Positions 41,735-54,436 of a stretch of 64,000 nt of DNA are shown one piece after another. Each line of letters begins with the position of its first letter. The first letter of the stretch is position 1. Position numbers and translations under genes: made by a program. The DNA lies in contig CAWEQH010000008.1 of NCBI GenBank assembly GCA_963811165.1, positions 64,001-128,000 on the forward strand. Direction: 5' to 3'. The notes below the pieces were generated by a model, which had not been told where the DNA came from, ran no database searches, and saw nothing but the letters and a program-made list of their open reading frames with translations. The stretch comes from an uncultured Nitrospiraceae bacterium (GTDB lineage Bacteria > Nitrospirota > Thermodesulfovibrionia > Thermodesulfovibrionales > UBA6898).

Positions 41735-42345
41735 TCGGGATTTTGGGAAGAAAGCTCGGGATGACCCAGGTCTTTGACGAAAGCGGCAGGATGTTTCCTG
41801 TCACCGTAGTCGAGGCGGGGCCATGCTGCGTTATTCAGGTGAAGACCAGGGAAAAAGACGGCTATGAAGCGGTCAAGATCGGGTTTTCCGAGATCAAGAA
41901 GGAAAAGAATGTCAATAAACCCATGGGCGGCATTTTCAAGAAAATCGGGGTCAAACCCTATAAAATGCTCAAGGAGTTCCCGATGGGTAACCTCAAGGTC
42001 GGCGAACTCGTGACGGTCGAGAAGTTTACTAAAGGCGATACGATTTCGGTGTCGGGAGTCACGAAGGGTAAGGGGTTCCAGGGTGTGGTAAAGAGACACC
42101 ATTACGCGGGGGGCCCCGCGTCGCACGGATCAATGTTTTATCGAGCACCGGGTTCGATAGGCGCGAGTTCATACCCTTCGAGGGTCTGGAAGAACAAAGG
42201 CATGCCGGGCCATATGGGTTCCGAAAGGACGACGGTGAAAAACCTGAAGGTGGTCGATATAAAGGCCGAGCAGAATCTTCTTCTCATTTTGGGGGCGGTT
42301 CCGGGTTCCAAGGGAACGTATCTCGAAATAAGAAAGGAAAATTAG
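41731..42345 (+). CDS. rplC: 50S ribosomal protein L3
   Basis: [15 protein letters not shown]. Confidence 0.98.
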   Translation: MIGILGRKLGMTQVFDESGRMFPVTVVEAGPCCVIQVKTREKDGYEAVKIGFSEIKKEKNVNKPMGGIFKKIGVKPYKMLKEFPMGNLKVGELVTVEKFTKGDTISVSGVTKGKGFQGVVKRHHYAGGPASHGSMFYRAPGSIGASSYPSRVWKNKGMPGHMGSERTTVKNLKVVDIKAEQNLLLILGAVPGSKGTYLEIRKEN

Positions 42346-42346
42346 A

Positions 42347-42982
42347 ATGCCAGAATTCGAAGTGAAAGATAAGAATAACAAGGCGGTCGGCAAGATCAGC
42401 CTTTCAGACAACGTATTCGGGGTGAAGGCGAAGGACGGAGTCCTTCATAATGCCGTGGTAAATTTCCTTGCCAACCAGAGGCAGGGCACCCACGCAACGA
42501 AGACGAAGGGGCTGGTAAGCGGCGGCGGCAAGAAACCGTGGAAGCAAAAACATACGGGCCGTGCGAGATCGGGCAGCAGCCGCTCCCCGCTCTGGAGGGG
42601 CGGAGGCATAGTATTCGGTCCTCAACCGAGGGATTATTCCTATGCGATACCCAAGAAGGCCAGAAGACTGGCGCTCAAGGTTGCTCTTTCCGGGAAGCTT
42701 TCCGACGGGGAGATTGTTGTGATTGAGGCGCTCCCTCTTGAAAAACCAAAGACGAAGGAGATGATTTCCGTCCTGAAACGCCTGGAACTTGACGGTAAGA
42801 GCACCCTTATTATCGTTCCCGAACATAACGAAGCCATCGTACTTTCTACCCGGAACATCCCCGGCGTTACGGTGACCAGGGTGTCGGACCTTAATTGCTA
42901 CGATGTTGCGGCCCATAGCAGGCTGCTGATGACGAAACAGGCTGCTCAGATGCTGTCGGAGGCTGGTGCCAAAAATGAATAA
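42347..42982 (+). CDS. rplD: 50S ribosomal protein L4
   Basis: KPWKQKHTGRARSG. Confidence 0.98.
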   Translation: MPEFEVKDKNNKAVGKISLSDNVFGVKAKDGVLHNAVVNFLANQRQGTHATKTKGLVSGGGKKPWKQKHTGRARSGSSRSPLWRGGGIVFGPQPRDYSYAIPKKARRLALKVALSGKLSDGEIVVIEALPLEKPKTKEMISVLKRLELDGKSTLIIVPEHNEAIVLSTRNIPGVTVTRVSDLNCYDVAAHSRLLMTKQAAQMLSEAGAKNE

Positions 42983-43265
42983 CGTATATACCGTAATAAA
43001 GAAGCCGCTTTTTACAGAAAAGGGGAGCGCCCTCAAAGAGTCAGAAAACAAGCTTCTTGTCGAAGTCGGCAAGGATGCCAACAAGCTTGAGATAAAGAAG
43101 GCTATTGAAGAGATATTTAAGGTGAAGGTCGAAAAGGTGGCTACGATCAAGACCCATGGCAAATGGAAGAGATACGGCAAGTCGATCGGGAAAAGGTCCG
43201 ACAGAAAAAAGGCTCTGATTACCCTTAAAAAGGGAGAAAAACTTGATTTCATCGAAGGTGCATAA
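42975..43265 (+). CDS. rplW: 50S ribosomal protein L23
   Basis: [14 protein letters not shown]; operon order. Confidence 0.97.
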   Translation: MNNVYTVIKKPLFTEKGSALKESENKLLVEVGKDANKLEIKKAIEEIFKVKVEKVATIKTHGKWKRYGKSIGKRSDRKKALITLKKGEKLDFIEGA

Positions 43266-44083
43266 TGGGAATTAAAAAATATAATCCGACATCCCCCGGC
43301 AGAAGGTTTCGTACGGTAGTGGACTATGCGGATGTCACGGCGACAGAGCCGTTGAAATCCCTTGTAAGGCCGTTGAGGAAGACGGGCGGTCGTAACAACA
43401 GCGGATGCGTAACGGCGTGGCAGAGAGGCGGCGGCAACAGGAGAAAATACAGGGTCATCGATTTCAAGAGGGAAAAGTTCGGGGTCCCCGCGGTGATCGA
43501 TACCATAGAATACGATCCGAACCGTTCGGCCAGAATCGCCCTTCTGAAATACAAAGACGGCGAGAAGAGGTATATCATCCTGCCGGCTGGTATGAGTGTA
43601 GGTGATGAGGTCCTTTCAGGCAAGGGTGCAGAGATAAAGACCGGCAATGCCCTTCCTCTTAGCGATATCCCCCTCGGCACTTTTATCCATAACGTGGAAC
43701 TTCGGCCGGGACAGGGCGCAAAAATGGTGAGAAGCGCCGGCTCCCAGGCCCAGCTCATCGCAAAGGAAGAAAACTATGTGCAGGTCAAGATGGCCTCCGG
43801 AGAGGTCAGGCTGGTGCCTGCCAAGTGCATGGCCACGATCGGGCAGGTGAGCAATCCCGACCATGAGAATATTTCTTTGGGCAAGGCGGGAAGAAGCAGA
43901 TGGGTGGGGAAGAGACCGCATGTAAGAGGCGTCGCCATGAACCCCATAGACCACCCTCTAGGTGGTGGTGAGGGAAGGAGTTCCGGAGGAAGGCCGCCGT
44001 GCACACCTTGGGGCGTACCCGAGGGCATAAAGACACGCAACAGTAAAAGGACAGACATGTATATCGTGAAGAGGAGGAAGTAA
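43265..44083 (+). CDS. rplB: 50S ribosomal protein L2
   Basis: [23 protein letters not shown]. Confidence 0.99.
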   Translation: MGIKKYNPTSPGRRFRTVVDYADVTATEPLKSLVRPLRKTGGRNNSGCVTAWQRGGGNRRKYRVIDFKREKFGVPAVIDTIEYDPNRSARIALLKYKDGEKRYIILPAGMSVGDEVLSGKGAEIKTGNALPLSDIPLGTFIHNVELRPGQGAKMVRSAGSQAQLIAKEENYVQVKMASGEVRLVPAKCMATIGQVSNPDHENISLGKAGRSRWVGKRPHVRGVAMNPIDHPLGGGEGRSSGGRPPCTPWGVPEGIKTRNSKRTDMYIVKRRK

Positions 44084-44084
44084 A

Positions 44085-44369
44085 TTGCCACGGTCATTAA
44101 AAAAGGGCCCGTTTGTCGATGAGAAGCTTATGAAAAAAGTGAAAGATATGGTTTCGTCAGGCGAGAAGAAACTGATAAAGACATGGTCTAGACGCTCTGT
44201 GATCCTTCCTGACTTCATAGGGTATACCTTCGCCGTCCATAACGGGAGAAAGTTTATCCCGGTCTATGTTACGGAAAATATGGTTGGGCATAAGCTTGGA
44301 GAATTCTCCCCCACGAGGACATTCAAGGGCCATTCAGGCTCGGGAAAGACTACTACGGTAAAGGGTTGA
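44085..44369 (+). CDS. rpsS: 30S ribosomal protein S19
   Basis: [18 protein letters not shown]. Confidence 0.98.
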   Translation: MPRSLKKGPFVDEKLMKKVKDMVSSGEKKLIKTWSRRSVILPDFIGYTFAVHNGRKFIPVYVTENMVGHKLGEFSPTRTFKGHSGSGKTTTVKG

Positions 44370-44373
44370 TAAT

Positions 44374-44706
44374 ATGGATGCAAAAGCGACATTAAAATAT
44401 GCAAGGATCACCCCGAGAAAGGCGCGGAGGATAGTCGACCTCATCAGGGGCAAAAAGGCCGGCGATGCTTTGCTGGCCCTCAGATTTATGCCGTATCGCG
44501 GAGCGAAACATATAGAAAAGATGCTCAAATCGGCCATGGCCAACGCAGAACAGAAGAATGCCAGTGCCGATTCGGAAGCGATGATAGTCAGCGGGGCCGT
44601 GGATCAGGGCTCCATCATGAAACGAGTGGAACAGAGATCGATGGGCAGGGCGAATGTCATAAAAAAGAAGTCCTGTCATATCACATTGAAAATAACAGAG
44701 AAATAA
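44374..44706 (+). CDS. rplV: 50S ribosomal protein L22
   Basis: [14 protein letters not shown]. Confidence 0.96.
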   Translation: MDAKATLKYARITPRKARRIVDLIRGKKAGDALLALRFMPYRGAKHIEKMLKSAMANAEQKNASADSEAMIVSGAVDQGSIMKRVEQRSMGRANVIKKKSCHITLKITEK

Positions 44707-44719
44707 TCAGGAGGAGATT

Positions 44720-45379
44720 TTGGGCCAGAAGACGCATCCCATAGGGATTAGATTAGGCATCACAAGAACGTGGGACTCCCGGTGGTATCTGAAGAAGGGA
44801 TACGCCGACCAATTACTCGAGGATTTAGCGATCAAGAAAGAGATCAAGACAAAGCTATTTCATGCGGGGGTTTCGAAGATTGAGATAGAGCGTGCTGGCC
44901 AGAAGATCAGGGTTATTATCCACACGGCGAGGCCGGGAATTATTATCGGGAAAAAGGGTTCGGAGGTCGAAAAACTCCGCAAGGACCTGGAACTGATGAG
45001 CGGCAAACAGGCGATGGTCGATATCAAGGAGATAAGGAAGCCTGAGGTGGACGCCCAGCTCGTTGCCGAAAATATCGCGCTTCAACTCGAAAAGAGGGTT
45101 GCCTTCAGAAGGGCCATGAAAAAAGCCGTCGCATCGGCGCTGCGGTTCGGTGCCCAGGGAATCAAGATTACATGCTCGGGAAGGCTTGCGGGAGCTGAAA
45201 TCGCCAGGACCGAGTGGTACAGAGAGGGGAGGGTGCCTCTCCATACGTTCAGGGCCGATATACATTACGGATTCGCCCAGGCGAAGACGACATACGGAAT
45301 AATAGGTGTGAAAGTCTGGGTCTATACGGGCGACGTATTGCCTGAAGTGAGACCCAGTACGGAAGCAGCGGCTATATAA
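44720..45379 (+). CDS. rpsC: 30S ribosomal protein S3
   Basis: [20 protein letters not shown]. Confidence 0.98.
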   Translation: MGQKTHPIGIRLGITRTWDSRWYLKKGYADQLLEDLAIKKEIKTKLFHAGVSKIEIERAGQKIRVIIHTARPGIIIGKKGSEVEKLRKDLELMSGKQAMVDIKEIRKPEVDAQLVAENIALQLEKRVAFRRAMKKAVASALRFGAQGIKITCSGRLAGAEIARTEWYREGRVPLHTFRADIHYGFAQAKTTYGIIGVKVWVYTGDVLPEVRPSTEAAAI

Positions 45380-45391
45380 GGGGACTTTGTT

Positions 45392-45811
45392 ATGTTGATG
45401 CCCAAGAAAGTTAAATTCAGAAAGATGCAGAAAGGCAACATGAACGGCAAGGCCTATGCCGGTTCGGACGTATCCTTCGGCGAGTTCGGTCTTAAGGCCA
45501 TGGAGCCGGGATGGGTAACGTCAAGACAGATCGAAGCTGCCAGGATTGCAATTACAGACACGTAAAAAGAGGTTGTAAGGTATGGATCAGGATATTCCCG
45601 GACAAGCCGATCACAAAAAAGCCGGCTGAAACGAGGATGGGAAAAGGAAAGGGCGCGCCTGAATACTGGGTTGCAGTTGTGAAACCGGGAAGGGTTCTTT
45701 ATGAGATATCCGGTGTAACCGAGTCCCTCGCAAAAGAGGCGCTGCGGCTTGCCTCCCATAAACTTCCTATCTCAACGAAGTTCGTGAGAACGGGAGGAGG
45801 CAGTGATATGA
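45392..45811 (+). CDS. rplP: 50S ribosomal protein L16 (frameshifted)
   Basis: [11 protein letters not shown]...[11 protein letters not shown] across frames. Confidence 0.94.
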
Positions 45812-46005
45812 AGGTCTCAGAACTGAAAGAGCTGGCAGTTGACGAGTTGCAAAGGAAAGAGCAGGATCTGAGAAGGGAGCTCTTTAATCTCAGGTTCCAG
45901 CAGGCCACCGGTGAAATCGAAAACCCTATGCGTATTAGAGCGATCCGGAAGAACATCGCCAGGGTGTTGACGCTGATAACCGAGAGGAACGAGACGAACA
46001 AGTGA
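45808..46005 (+). CDS. rpmC: 50S ribosomal protein L29
   Basis: MKVSELKEL...ELFNLRFQ; fused to L16 in the ORF track only because of an indel. Confidence 0.95.
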   Translation: MKVSELKELAVDELQRKEQDLRRELFNLRFQQATGEIENPMRIRAIRKNIARVLTLITERNETNK

Positions 46006-46042
46006 AATTGCTGGTTATAAAAATTGGGTTGGAAGGTTAAAG

Positions 46043-46303
46043 ATGACTGATAAAACTTATACCGGAAAAGTAGTGAGCAATAAGATGGACAAGACCGTCG
46101 TGGTGGCAATCACGAGACAGTTTCAGCACCCGGTTTACAAGAAGACCGTGAGGAAAGTGGCGAAATTTAAGGCCCACGATGAAAAGAACGAATGCCTGGT
46201 CGGCGATAACGTCAAGATCATTGAGACGAGGCCGATCAGCAAGGACAAGAGATGGCTTGTTCTTGAGATACTGAAGAAGCCGGCAAGGAGCAACGAAAAA
46301 TGA
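46043..46303 (+). CDS. rpsQ: 30S ribosomal protein S17
   Basis: [19 protein letters not shown]. Confidence 0.98.
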   Translation: MTDKTYTGKVVSNKMDKTVVVAITRQFQHPVYKKTVRKVAKFKAHDEKNECLVGDNVKIIETRPISKDKRWLVLEILKKPARSNEK

Positions 46304-46668
46304 TCCAGCTCAGGAGCATGCTCGAGGTAGCAGACAATTCCGGCGCTAAGAGAGTTCAGTGCGTGAAGGTCCTCGGTGGATCGAAGAGAAAGTATGCGGG
46401 GCTGGGCGACGTTGTTGTGGTAAGCGTGAAGGAGGCCCTTCCTGACAGCAGTATCAAGAAGGGTTCGGTGACAAAGGCGGTTGTGGTGCGCACCAAGAGA
46501 GAGGCGAGAAGACCGGATGGTTCCTATATACGTTTTGATCAGAACGCGGTAGTCCTGATCAATCCGCAGGGCGAGCCCGTGGGGACGAGAATATTCGGAC
46601 CGGTTGCCAGAGAGCTGAGGTGGAGGGAATACATGAAGATAATCTCTCTTGCCCCAGAGGTTCTGTAG
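46300..46668 (+). CDS. rplN: 50S ribosomal protein L14
   Basis: [20 protein letters not shown]. Confidence 0.99.
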   Translation: MIQLRSMLEVADNSGAKRVQCVKVLGGSKRKYAGLGDVVVVSVKEALPDSSIKKGSVTKAVVVRTKREARRPDGSYIRFDQNAVVLINPQGEPVGTRIFGPVARELRWREYMKIISLAPEVL

Positions 46669-46676
46669 GAGGATAT

Positions 46677-46994
46677 ATGGCTTTAGGAATAAGGAAAGAA
46701 GATACGGTTCACGTCACAACAGGCAAGTACAGAGGTAGAACTGGGCGTGTGCTTAAAGTCGACAAAGGAAAAGGCGCGATATTGATAGAGAAGATCAACA
46801 TCATCAAGAAACATATGAAACCGAATAAGACATACACACAAGGGGGCATCATCGAAAAAGAGGCCCCGATACAGCTGTCCAATGTCATGCTTGTCTGTCC
46901 GAAATGCGGCAAACCGACCCGCGTAGGCGCATCGGTATTCGAAGGCAGCAACAAACACAGGATGTGCAAAAAATGCAAGGAGGTCATTGACTGA
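46677..46994 (+). CDS. rplX: 50S ribosomal protein L24
   Basis: KOW motif, [10 protein letters not shown]; start revised to ATG 46677. Confidence 0.96.
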   Translation: MALGIRKEDTVHVTTGKYRGRTGRVLKVDKGKGAILIEKINIIKKHMKPNKTYTQGGIIEKEAPIQLSNVMLVCPKCGKPTRVGASVFEGSNKHRMCKKCKEVID

Positions 46995-46996
46995 TA

Positions 46997-47539
46997 ATGA
47001 CTCCAAGGCTGAAGGAAAAATACAAGAAGGACATCATCCCGGCGATGATGAAGGAGTTTTCTTATAAGAACATCATGCAGGCACCGAAGGTGCTGAAAGT
47101 GGTTCTGAACGTCGGGCTGGGCGAGGCGATATCGAACATCAAACTCCTCGATGCCGCGCAGAAGGAGCTTGCGATGATCACGGGGCAGAAGGCGGTCGTA
47201 ACAAAGGCCAAGAAATCGATAGCGACATTCAAATTGAGACAGGGAATGCCGATAGGCTGCAAGGTCACGCTGAGGGGAAACACCATGTACGAATTTCTCG
47301 ATAGGCTGATCAGTACCGCACTCCCGAGGATCAGGGACTTCAGAGGGGTTTCCGGAAAGTCCTTTGACGGCAGGGGCAATTATGCCCTTGGGTTAAAGGA
47401 GCAGTTCATTTTCCCGGAAGTAGATTACGATAAGGTCGAGATGGTTCACGGGATGGACGTCATCATCTGTACGTCCGCGAAGACAGATAAAGAGAGCAAG
47501 GCGCTTTTGCGGCATCTAGGCGTTCCGTTTAGAAACTAG
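46997..47539 (+). CDS. rplE: 50S ribosomal protein L5
   Basis: [16 protein letters not shown]. Confidence 0.98.
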   Translation: MTPRLKEKYKKDIIPAMMKEFSYKNIMQAPKVLKVVLNVGLGEAISNIKLLDAAQKELAMITGQKAVVTKAKKSIATFKLRQGMPIGCKVTLRGNTMYEFLDRLISTALPRIRDFRGVSGKSFDGRGNYALGLKEQFIFPEVDYDKVEMVHGMDVIICTSAKTDKESKALLRHLGVPFRN

Positions 47540-47555
47540 AGAGAGGTATTATTCA

Positions 47556-47741
47556 ATGGCGAAAACATGCATGATAGAAAAATCGAAGCGGCCGCCGAAG
47601 TTCCAGGTGAGGGCATATAACCGGTGCAAGGTCTGCGGCCGGCCGAGAGCCTACCTGAGACAGTTTGGCATGTGCCGTATCTGTTTTAGAACGCATGCGC
47701 TCCGGGGGGAGATACCCGGGGTGACGAAATCAAGCTGGTAG
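47556..47741 (+). CDS. rpsN: 30S ribosomal protein S14, zinc-binding type
   Basis: RCKVCGR...MCRICFR, 61 aa. Confidence 0.97.
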   Translation: MAKTCMIEKSKRPPKFQVRAYNRCKVCGRPRAYLRQFGMCRICFRTHALRGEIPGVTKSSW

Positions 47742-47751
47742 GGGTGAACTG

Positions 47752-48147
47752 ATGATGACAGATCCGATTGCAGATATGCTTACAAGGGTAAGAAATGCCG
47801 TCATGATAAAGTCCGAGAAGGTCGATGTTCCTGCATCGAGGATGAAGCTCGAGATAGCAAAGATCATGAAGGAAGAAGGATTCATACGGGCTTACAAAAT
47901 ACTGAAGGACAAAAAGCAGGGCATACTGCGAATCACCCTTAAGTATAATGTCGACGATGCGGCAGTTATTTCGGGTATTAAGAGGATCAGCAAACCAGGC
48001 AGAAGGGTCTATGCCGATAAAGATTCAATACCCACCGTGATGGGCGGTGTCGGCATCTCAGTGCTCACTACGTCAAGGGGAGTGCTCGGGGACAAGGCAT
48101 GCCGCCGGGAAAAGGTCGGCGGAGAAGTTCTCTGCCATATCTGGTAA
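47752..48147 (+). CDS. rpsH: 30S ribosomal protein S8
   Basis: DPIADMLTRVRN, SKPGRRVY. Confidence 0.98.
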   Translation: MMTDPIADMLTRVRNAVMIKSEKVDVPASRMKLEIAKIMKEEGFIRAYKILKDKKQGILRITLKYNVDDAAVISGIKRISKPGRRVYADKDSIPTVMGGVGISVLTTSRGVLGDKACRREKVGGEVLCHIW

Positions 48148-48159
48148 AGGAGAATCGAG

Positions 48160-48703
48160 ATGTCGAGAATCGGTAAGAAACCAGTGGAGATCCCTTCCGG
48201 GGTCGATGTAAAACTGCTGGATAGTACGATAAAGATAAAAGGACCCAAGGGCGAACTTCAGTGGAGTTTCCCGGAGGGCACTACAGTTTCGGTCAAAGGT
48301 AAGGATATCGTAGTTGAGCGTGCCGACGACCAGAAAAAGAACAGGGCCCTTCACGGACTCACGAGGAGTTTGATATCGAACATGGTCTTGGGGGTAGCCA
48401 CAGGGATATCAAAGGGTCCTCGATATTACGGGTGTCGGCTATAGGGCCCAAGTCCAAGGGAGAAAGATCATCCTTACGCTCGGATATTCCCATGCCGTAG
48501 AGTATAATCTGCCCGAAGGGATAAGCGCCGCAATGGACCAGAAGCAGACGCAGATTACCCTTACCGGCGTGGATAAACAGAAGATCGGCCAGGTCGCAGC
48601 GAACCTGAGGGCCTTGAGAAGTCCTGATGCGTACAAGGGCAAAGGAGTCAGATATGGCGGCGAAAGGTTGAAGCTGAAGGTAGGCAAGACAGGCAAGAAA
48701 TAG
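48160..48703 (+). CDS. rplF: 50S ribosomal protein L6 (frameshift near 48405)
   Basis: MSRIGKKP...[11 protein letters not shown] across frames. Confidence 0.95.
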
Positions 48704-48754
48704 TGCCGGCGATATGTTGGTCGCCGCAGATATAAACGGTCGTAGGAGGCTATT

Positions 48755-49117
48755 TTGGCTAAGAGTAAAGAAGAAGGCAGGCAAAGACGCCATGAACGGG
48801 CCAGGAAAAAAGTGGTCGGTACAGACGAGAGATTGCGCCTGTCCGTGTACCGCAGTTTAAACCATATATATGCCCAGATTATCAATGATGCGGAAGGAAA
48901 GACGTTGGTTTCGGCTTCGAGCCTCGACACTTCCCTAAAAGAGTTGAAGCAGCACAAGGGCAACTGCAAGACCGCAAAAGAAGTAGGTGCGCTGGTGGCC
49001 AAGAAGGCGATCGAAAAAGGCATAAAGAAAGTCGTTTTCGATAAAAGCGGGTATCTCTACCATGGCAGGATAAAGGCGCTGGCGGACGCGGCGAGAGAAG
49101 CCGGATTGGAATTTTAA
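48755..49117 (+). CDS. rplR: 50S ribosomal protein L18
   Basis: [24 protein letters not shown]. Confidence 0.97.
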   Translation: MAKSKEEGRQRRHERARKKVVGTDERLRLSVYRSLNHIYAQIINDAEGKTLVSASSLDTSLKELKQHKGNCKTAKEVGALVAKKAIEKGIKKVVFDKSGYLYHGRIKALADAAREAGLEF

Positions 49118-49146
49118 CATGACTGAGAATTGTTCAAGGAGGCAAG

Positions 49147-49656
49147 GTGGCAAGGATTGACCCGGAAGGTTTGAACTTAAAGGACAAGGTCGTATATATA
49201 AATAGGGTTGCCAAGGTTGTGAAGGGCGGCAGACGGTTTTCCTTCAGCGCCCTTGTTGTGGTAGGCGACGGGGAAGGAACCGTCGGCACCGGAAAGGGCA
49301 AGGCCTCCGAGGTACCTGAAGCGATACGAAAGGCTGTGGAACAGGCAAAAAAATCCCTCCTGAAATTTCCGCTGAAAGACGGGACGATACCCCACAGGAT
49401 TGTCGGCCAATTCGGATCCGGGTCGGTTGTGATGAATCCTGCCAAGAAAGGGACAGGGCTTATCGCCGGTGGAGCGGTGAGGGCTGTACTCGAAGTGGCA
49501 GGCATTCAGGACATCGTCGCGAAATCCCTCGGCAACCATAACCCTTTCAACACGGTCCAGGCGACTATCAATGGCCTTGTGAACCTGAAGGACCCGGACT
49601 CGGTCATAAAGCTCAGGGGCAGGGGTGAGGAAGAGGTACAGGAGGTCGCTGGTTAG
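49147..49656 (+). CDS. rpsE: 30S ribosomal protein S5
   Basis: [22 protein letters not shown]. Confidence 0.98.
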   Translation: MARIDPEGLNLKDKVVYINRVAKVVKGGRRFSFSALVVVGDGEGTVGTGKGKASEVPEAIRKAVEQAKKSLLKFPLKDGTIPHRIVGQFGSGSVVMNPAKKGTGLIAGGAVRAVLEVAGIQDIVAKSLGNHNPFNTVQATINGLVNLKDPDSVIKLRGRGEEEVQEVAG

Positions 49657-49658
49657 AA

Positions 49659-49841
49659 ATGCTGAAGATCACTTTGAAGAGGGGCTATGTCGGCATACCG
49701 GACAAACAGAAAAGGGTTCTGCAGTCGTTTGGTCTGAAAAAAATAGGAAGTACTGTTATGAAAAATGACGACAAAGCTATGAAGGGAATGATACGCAAGG
49801 TTTCCCACCTTATAGAAGTCGAAAAGGTAGACAACAAATAG
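49659..49841 (+). CDS. rpmD: 50S ribosomal protein L30
   Basis: Size, operon position, GMIRKVSHL. Confidence 0.93.
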   Translation: MLKITLKRGYVGIPDKQKRVLQSFGLKKIGSTVMKNDDKAMKGMIRKVSHLIEVEKVDNK

Positions 49842-49862
49842 TCTGGAGGATTGACTGTTACC

Positions 49863-50304
49863 ATGAGGATAGAAGATATAAGGCCTGCTGAAGGCAGCCG
49901 GAAGCGAAATAAGAGAGTCGGAAGGGGCGTAGGTTCAGGCCACGGAAAGACGTCCTGCAAAGGGCACAAAGGGCAGAAGGCCAGGTCCGGGGGCACAACC
50001 GGCCTCGGGTTTGAGGGCGGCCAGATGCCGCTGCAAAGAAGGCTCCCCAAAATAGGGTTCAAAAACAGGTCGAAAATCGAATACGCCGTGATTAATCTCG
50101 ATAGGATAAACGACCTTAAGGGAATGGACTGTGATTACGCCTGAAATGCTAATGGAAAAGAGAATTATAAGGGACATTAAGGACGGCCTTAAGATACTTG
50201 GCGACGGCAAGATCGAAAGGCCCGTTACCGTAAAGGCCACTGCATTTAGCGCTTCGGCAAGCGAGAAGATTGCGGCTGCGGGCGGCAAGGCAGAGGTAAT
50301 ATAA
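49863..50304 (+). CDS. rplO: 50S ribosomal protein L15 (frameshift near 50130)
   Basis: [24 protein letters not shown]. Confidence 0.95.
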
Positions 50305-50305
50305 G

Positions 50306-51615
50306 TTGGGGCTCCTTGCAAACTTCCAAAACATATTTAAAATCACGGAGCTGAAGAACAGGATATTTTTCACGTCTTGCCCTTTTGACGGTCTATAGGG
50401 TCGGCTGCCATGTCCCTACCCCCGGCATAAACGGCGAGGAGCTGAGTAAGTTTCTGACCCAACAGGCGAGGCTCTTTTATGGGGTTTTTCGACATGTTCT
50501 CAGGAGGGGCCCTGTCAAGGGTCACGATCTTCGCGCTCGGCATCATGCCATACATCAGCGCCTCGATCATTATGCAGTTGCTTACCGTGGTTATCCCTTC
50601 AATCGGGAAGCTTGCGAAAGAGGGCGAGGCAGGCAGAAAGAAGATCACGAGATATACGAGATACGGCACGGTCGTCATCAGTGCAATACAATCTTTCGGG
50701 ATCGCGGCCGGACTGGAGAGTATGTCTCAGGGCGCTTTCGTACAAAACCCGGGCTGGTCGTTCAGGCTGGTCACCATGATAACACTTACCTCGGGGACGG
50801 CCTTTATTATGTGGCTCGGCGAGCAGATCACCGAGCGCGGCATAGGTAACGGCATATCCCTGATCATATTTGCGGGTATCGTCGCGAGGTTCCCCAATGC
50901 AATAATCAGCACCGTAAGGCTGGTGCAGGCCGGTGAACTTTCGATCTTTTTAGTACTTTTTTTGATAGTGATGATGGTCGGCGTCGTGGCTGGTATCATT
51001 ATGATGGAGAGAGGACAAAGGAAGATACCGGTGCAGTATGCAAAGAGAGTAGTTGGAAGAAAGGTGTACGGGGGACAGTCTACTCATCTGCCGCTGAAGA
51101 TCAACACTGCCGGTGTTATCCCTCCGATCTTTGCGTCGTCTATCATCATGTTTCCCGCAACAGTGGCCGGCTTTATATCGATCCCATGGGTCCAGTCGAT
51201 TGCGAAACAGCTGTCACCGGGGACGATAGTCCATACGCTACTGTACGTAAGCATGATCTTTTTCTTCGCCTATTTTTATACGGCCATCGTCTTTAACCCC
51301 GTCGACATTGCCGACAATCTGAAGAAATATGGCGGATATGTGCCGGGCATAAGGCCGGGACAGAAGACATCAGAATACCTTTACCGCGTGCTCACGAGGC
51401 TGACATTTGTGGGCGCGATATATCTTGCGATTATCTGCGTTATCCCTGAGATCCTGATTACGAGGTTCAGGGTGCCTTTTTATTTCGGAGGTACCTCTCT
51501 GCTTATCGCAGTGGGTGTTGCCCTGGATACGGTTTCTCAGATAGAATCGCATCTGGTGACCCGTTCCTATGAGGGTTTTCTCAAGAAGGGCAGACTCAAG
51601 GGCAGAAAGGGATGA
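50306..51615 (+). CDS. secY: Preprotein translocase SecY (5' frameshifts)
   Basis: FALGIMPYISASII, GIGNGISLII, FGGTSLLI; N-terminal part read from TTG 50306. Confidence 0.96.
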
Positions 51616-51735
51616 AGCGTGCGGGGGCCCTCAGGGTCGATACCCGCATTCTGCAACAGACCGATGCCGCGGTCGGCTCCAAGCGTTAAAGCGTGATGGG
51701 AATTACTTCATATAAATTGTTATTTGAGAATTGAT

Positions 51736-52485
51736 GTGATCTTCCTGAAATCTCCCGGGGAGATCGAGAAAATGGCCCGGTCGGGCCGAATTGTGGCGAA
51801 AGTCCTCGATGAATTGAAAGAGGTGGCGGCGATCGGTGTTACGACCAAGGAGATTGAGGATTTCGCGGATGAGCGGATAAAGGCACTCGGGGGCGTCCCG
51901 GCTTTTAAGGGATATAGGGGTTATCCGGCGAGTGTCTGCACTTCTGTTAATGAACAGGTCGTGCATGGAATTCCTTCGCAGCGAGTGCTTAAGGACGGAG
52001 ACATCGTCAGTATAGACATCGGTGTCTACCTGGACGGCTTCTACGGTGACGGTGCGATAACCGTTCCCATCGGTACGATAGACAGGGAAGCGGCCGAACT
52101 CATAAGAGTGACCGAAGAGGCTCTGTATTTGGGAATACGGAATGCGGTTGAGGGCAATCGTCTCTATGATATTTCCAGCGCGATCCAGAGATACGTGGAG
52201 GAAAACGGTTTTTCCGTAGTCAGACTGTTTGTCGGCCACGGAATAGGAAGGGAACTTCACGAAGAGCCTCAGGTGCCCAATTACGGGGTGCCTGGTCAAG
52301 GTCCGAGACTGAAAAGGGGAATGACGCTGGCGATAGAGCCAATGGTCAATGCCGGAGGTCATGAGGTGATCATACTGGACGACGGCTGGACTGCGGTGAC
52401 AAAGGATGGGAAAAAGTCGGCCCACTTTGAGCATACGGTGCTGGTGACCTCGGATAAGCCGAGAATATTGACTAAATACGGTTAA
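51736..52485 (+). CDS. map: Type I methionine aminopeptidase
   Basis: [28 protein letters not shown]; start approximate. Confidence 0.97.
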   Translation: MIFLKSPGEIEKMARSGRIVAKVLDELKEVAAIGVTTKEIEDFADERIKALGGVPAFKGYRGYPASVCTSVNEQVVHGIPSQRVLKDGDIVSIDIGVYLDGFYGDGAITVPIGTIDREAAELIRVTEEALYLGIRNAVEGNRLYDISSAIQRYVEENGFSVVRLFVGHGIGRELHEEPQVPNYGVPGQGPRLKRGMTLAIEPMVNAGGHEVIILDDGWTAVTKDGKKSAHFEHTVLVTSDKPRILTKYG

Positions 52486-52505
52486 GAAAGTTATACTTCT
52501 CACTT

Positions 52506-52724
52506 ATGGCAAAAGAAGAAAATATTGAAGTTCAGGGCACGATCCTTGAGACCTTGCCAAACGCAATGTTTAGGGTTGAGCTTGAAAACGGCCAGGTTAT
52601 CCTTGCGTACGTTTCCGGCAAGATGCGAATGCACTTTATAAAGATCCTCCCCGGGGACAAGGTGACGATCGAATTGTCGCCCTATGACCTTACAAAGGGA
52701 AGAATTACTTATAGATTCAAATAG
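52506..52724 (+). CDS. infA: Translation initiation factor IF-1
   Basis: [22 protein letters not shown]. Confidence 0.99.
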   Translation: MAKEENIEVQGTILETLPNAMFRVELENGQVILAYVSGKMRMHFIKILPGDKVTIELSPYDLTKGRITYRFK

Positions 52725-52756
52725 TTGCGCAATTACGCTATAGTGAAGGAGTTATC

Positions 52757-52870
52757 ATGAAGGTTCGTTCATCGGTAAAACCGATATGTGCAAAGTGTAA
52801 GATCATAAAGAGAAAAGGTGTTATCCGCGTTATCTGCGATAACCCCAAGCATAAACAGAGACAGGGATAA
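52757..52870 (+). CDS. rpmJ: 50S ribosomal protein L36
   Basis: Hand translation [37 protein letters not shown]. Confidence 0.98.
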   Translation: MKVRSSVKPICAKCKIIKRKGVIRVICDNPKHKQRQG

Positions 52871-52955
52871 AACGGTGATACGTGACGGTAAACGGTGTCG
52901 CCCTGAAGGCGTTAACGGCACTGGTGCTAAACACTGACACTGAAAAGGAGAGCAT

Positions 52956-53332
52956 ATGGCGAGAATCGCTGGAGTTGATCTACCCAAAAATGAACGCATC
53001 GAAATAGCGCTTACGCGCATCTTCGGGATCGGGAGGCCGCTTTCCCGGAAGGTCCTCGGTGAGGCCCGGGTAAGTCCGGACATAAGGGTGAAAGATCTTA
53101 AGGATGACGACGCGGTAAAGATCAGGGCCATTATCGAAAGAGACTTTAGGGTCGAGGGTGATCTCAGGCGTGACATATCGATGAATATCAAGAGGCTTAC
53201 CGATATCGGCTGCTACAGAGGGACAAGACACAGGACTGGGGTTGCCGTTACGGGGGCAGAGGACGAAGACGAACGCCAGAACGACGAAAAGGCCCGAGAA
53301 AAGCGGTCGTCGGCAAGAAGAAGGAGGCGTAG
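52956..53332 (+). CDS. rpsM: 30S ribosomal protein S13 (3' frameshift)
   Basis: [31 protein letters not shown] in the shifted frame. Confidence 0.95.
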
Positions 53333-53335
53333 GGA

Positions 53336-53722
53336 ATGGCTCAGAGAAAAAAAGGAGTCAAGAAGGACAAACGGAATATCACGAGCGGCGCGGCCTATAT
53401 TCAGGCAACCTTTAACAATACGATCGTGACGATAACAGACCCGGCCGGCGGCGTGGTCACCTGGTCAAGTGCAGGGAACCTGGGATTCAAGGGTTCGCGT
53501 AAGGGAACGCCCTATGCGGCCCAGATTGCGGCCGAGTCAGCTGCAAAAAAGGCAATAGACGTCGGGATGAAACAGGTCGATGTATATGTTAAAGGACCGG
53601 GAGCGGGGAGGGAATCGGCGATTAGGGCGCTTCAGGCAGCCGGCCTCGACATCAATCTGATCAAAGACGTGACCCCGGTACCGCATAACGGGTGCAGACC
53701 GCCTAAGAGGAGGAGGGTGTAA
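53336..53722 (+). CDS. rpsK: 30S ribosomal protein S11
   Basis: [21 protein letters not shown]. Confidence 0.99.
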   Translation: MAQRKKGVKKDKRNITSGAAYIQATFNNTIVTITDPAGGVVTWSSAGNLGFKGSRKGTPYAAQIAAESAAKKAIDVGMKQVDVYVKGPGAGRESAIRALQAAGLDINLIKDVTPVPHNGCRPPKRRRV

Positions 53723-53723
53723 A

Positions 53724-54351
53724 TTGGCTAGATATACTGGACCTCAGTGCAGGCTTTGCCGCAGGGAAACGGAGAAACTTTTTCTCAAGGGCGACAGATG
53801 TTTTACCGAAAAGTGCGCGGTAGAAAGGAGGCAATATCCCCCCGGACAGCACGGTCAGAGAAGGGGAAAGTTGTCTGACTACGGCGTTCAGCTCAGAGAA
53901 AAGCAGAAGGTGAGGAATACCTACGGCGTTCTCGAAAAACAATTCAGAAAGTATTTTCATAGAGGCTGAGACGAAAAAGGGCGTTACGGGCGAGGTGCTT
54001 CTGCAGTTTCTTGAGACGCGCATGGACAACGTCGTTTATCGTATGGGGTTCGCCCCTAACAGAAACGGCGCCAGGCAGCTCGTAAGACACGGCCATTTTC
54101 TGGTCAACGGCAAATATGTCGATGTGCCGTCCTTCAGTGTCCGTATTGGAGATGTGGTCGAGGTGAAGACGTCGAGCCGTGATCTTGATGCGATAAAGGA
54201 CAGCATAACCAGGGTAGAACAGAGGGGAATCCCTTCCTGGGTAGAGATGGATTTCCAGAACTTTAAAGGAAAAGTTCTCCAGATACCATCAAGAGAAGAT
54301 ATCCAGTTGACGGCCCAGGAACAGCTGATAGTCGAGCTTTACTCCAAGTAA
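53724..54351 (+). CDS. rpsD: 30S ribosomal protein S4 (frameshift near 53960)
   Basis: [14 protein letters not shown] and [10 protein letters not shown]...IVELYSK. Confidence 0.95.
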
Positions 54352-54436
54352 GGTGGAGCGGTCGCGTGATGGGGATTTTCTTAGTTAAGATTACATTAAA
54401 GAATAAAATATAAATTCGACGCAGATGGGAGGCCTT

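Noticed and set aside
45511..46005. Apparent L16-L29 fusion ORF
   Set aside because: Explained by a single extra base near 45790; L29 has its own GGAGG RBS and ATG at 45808
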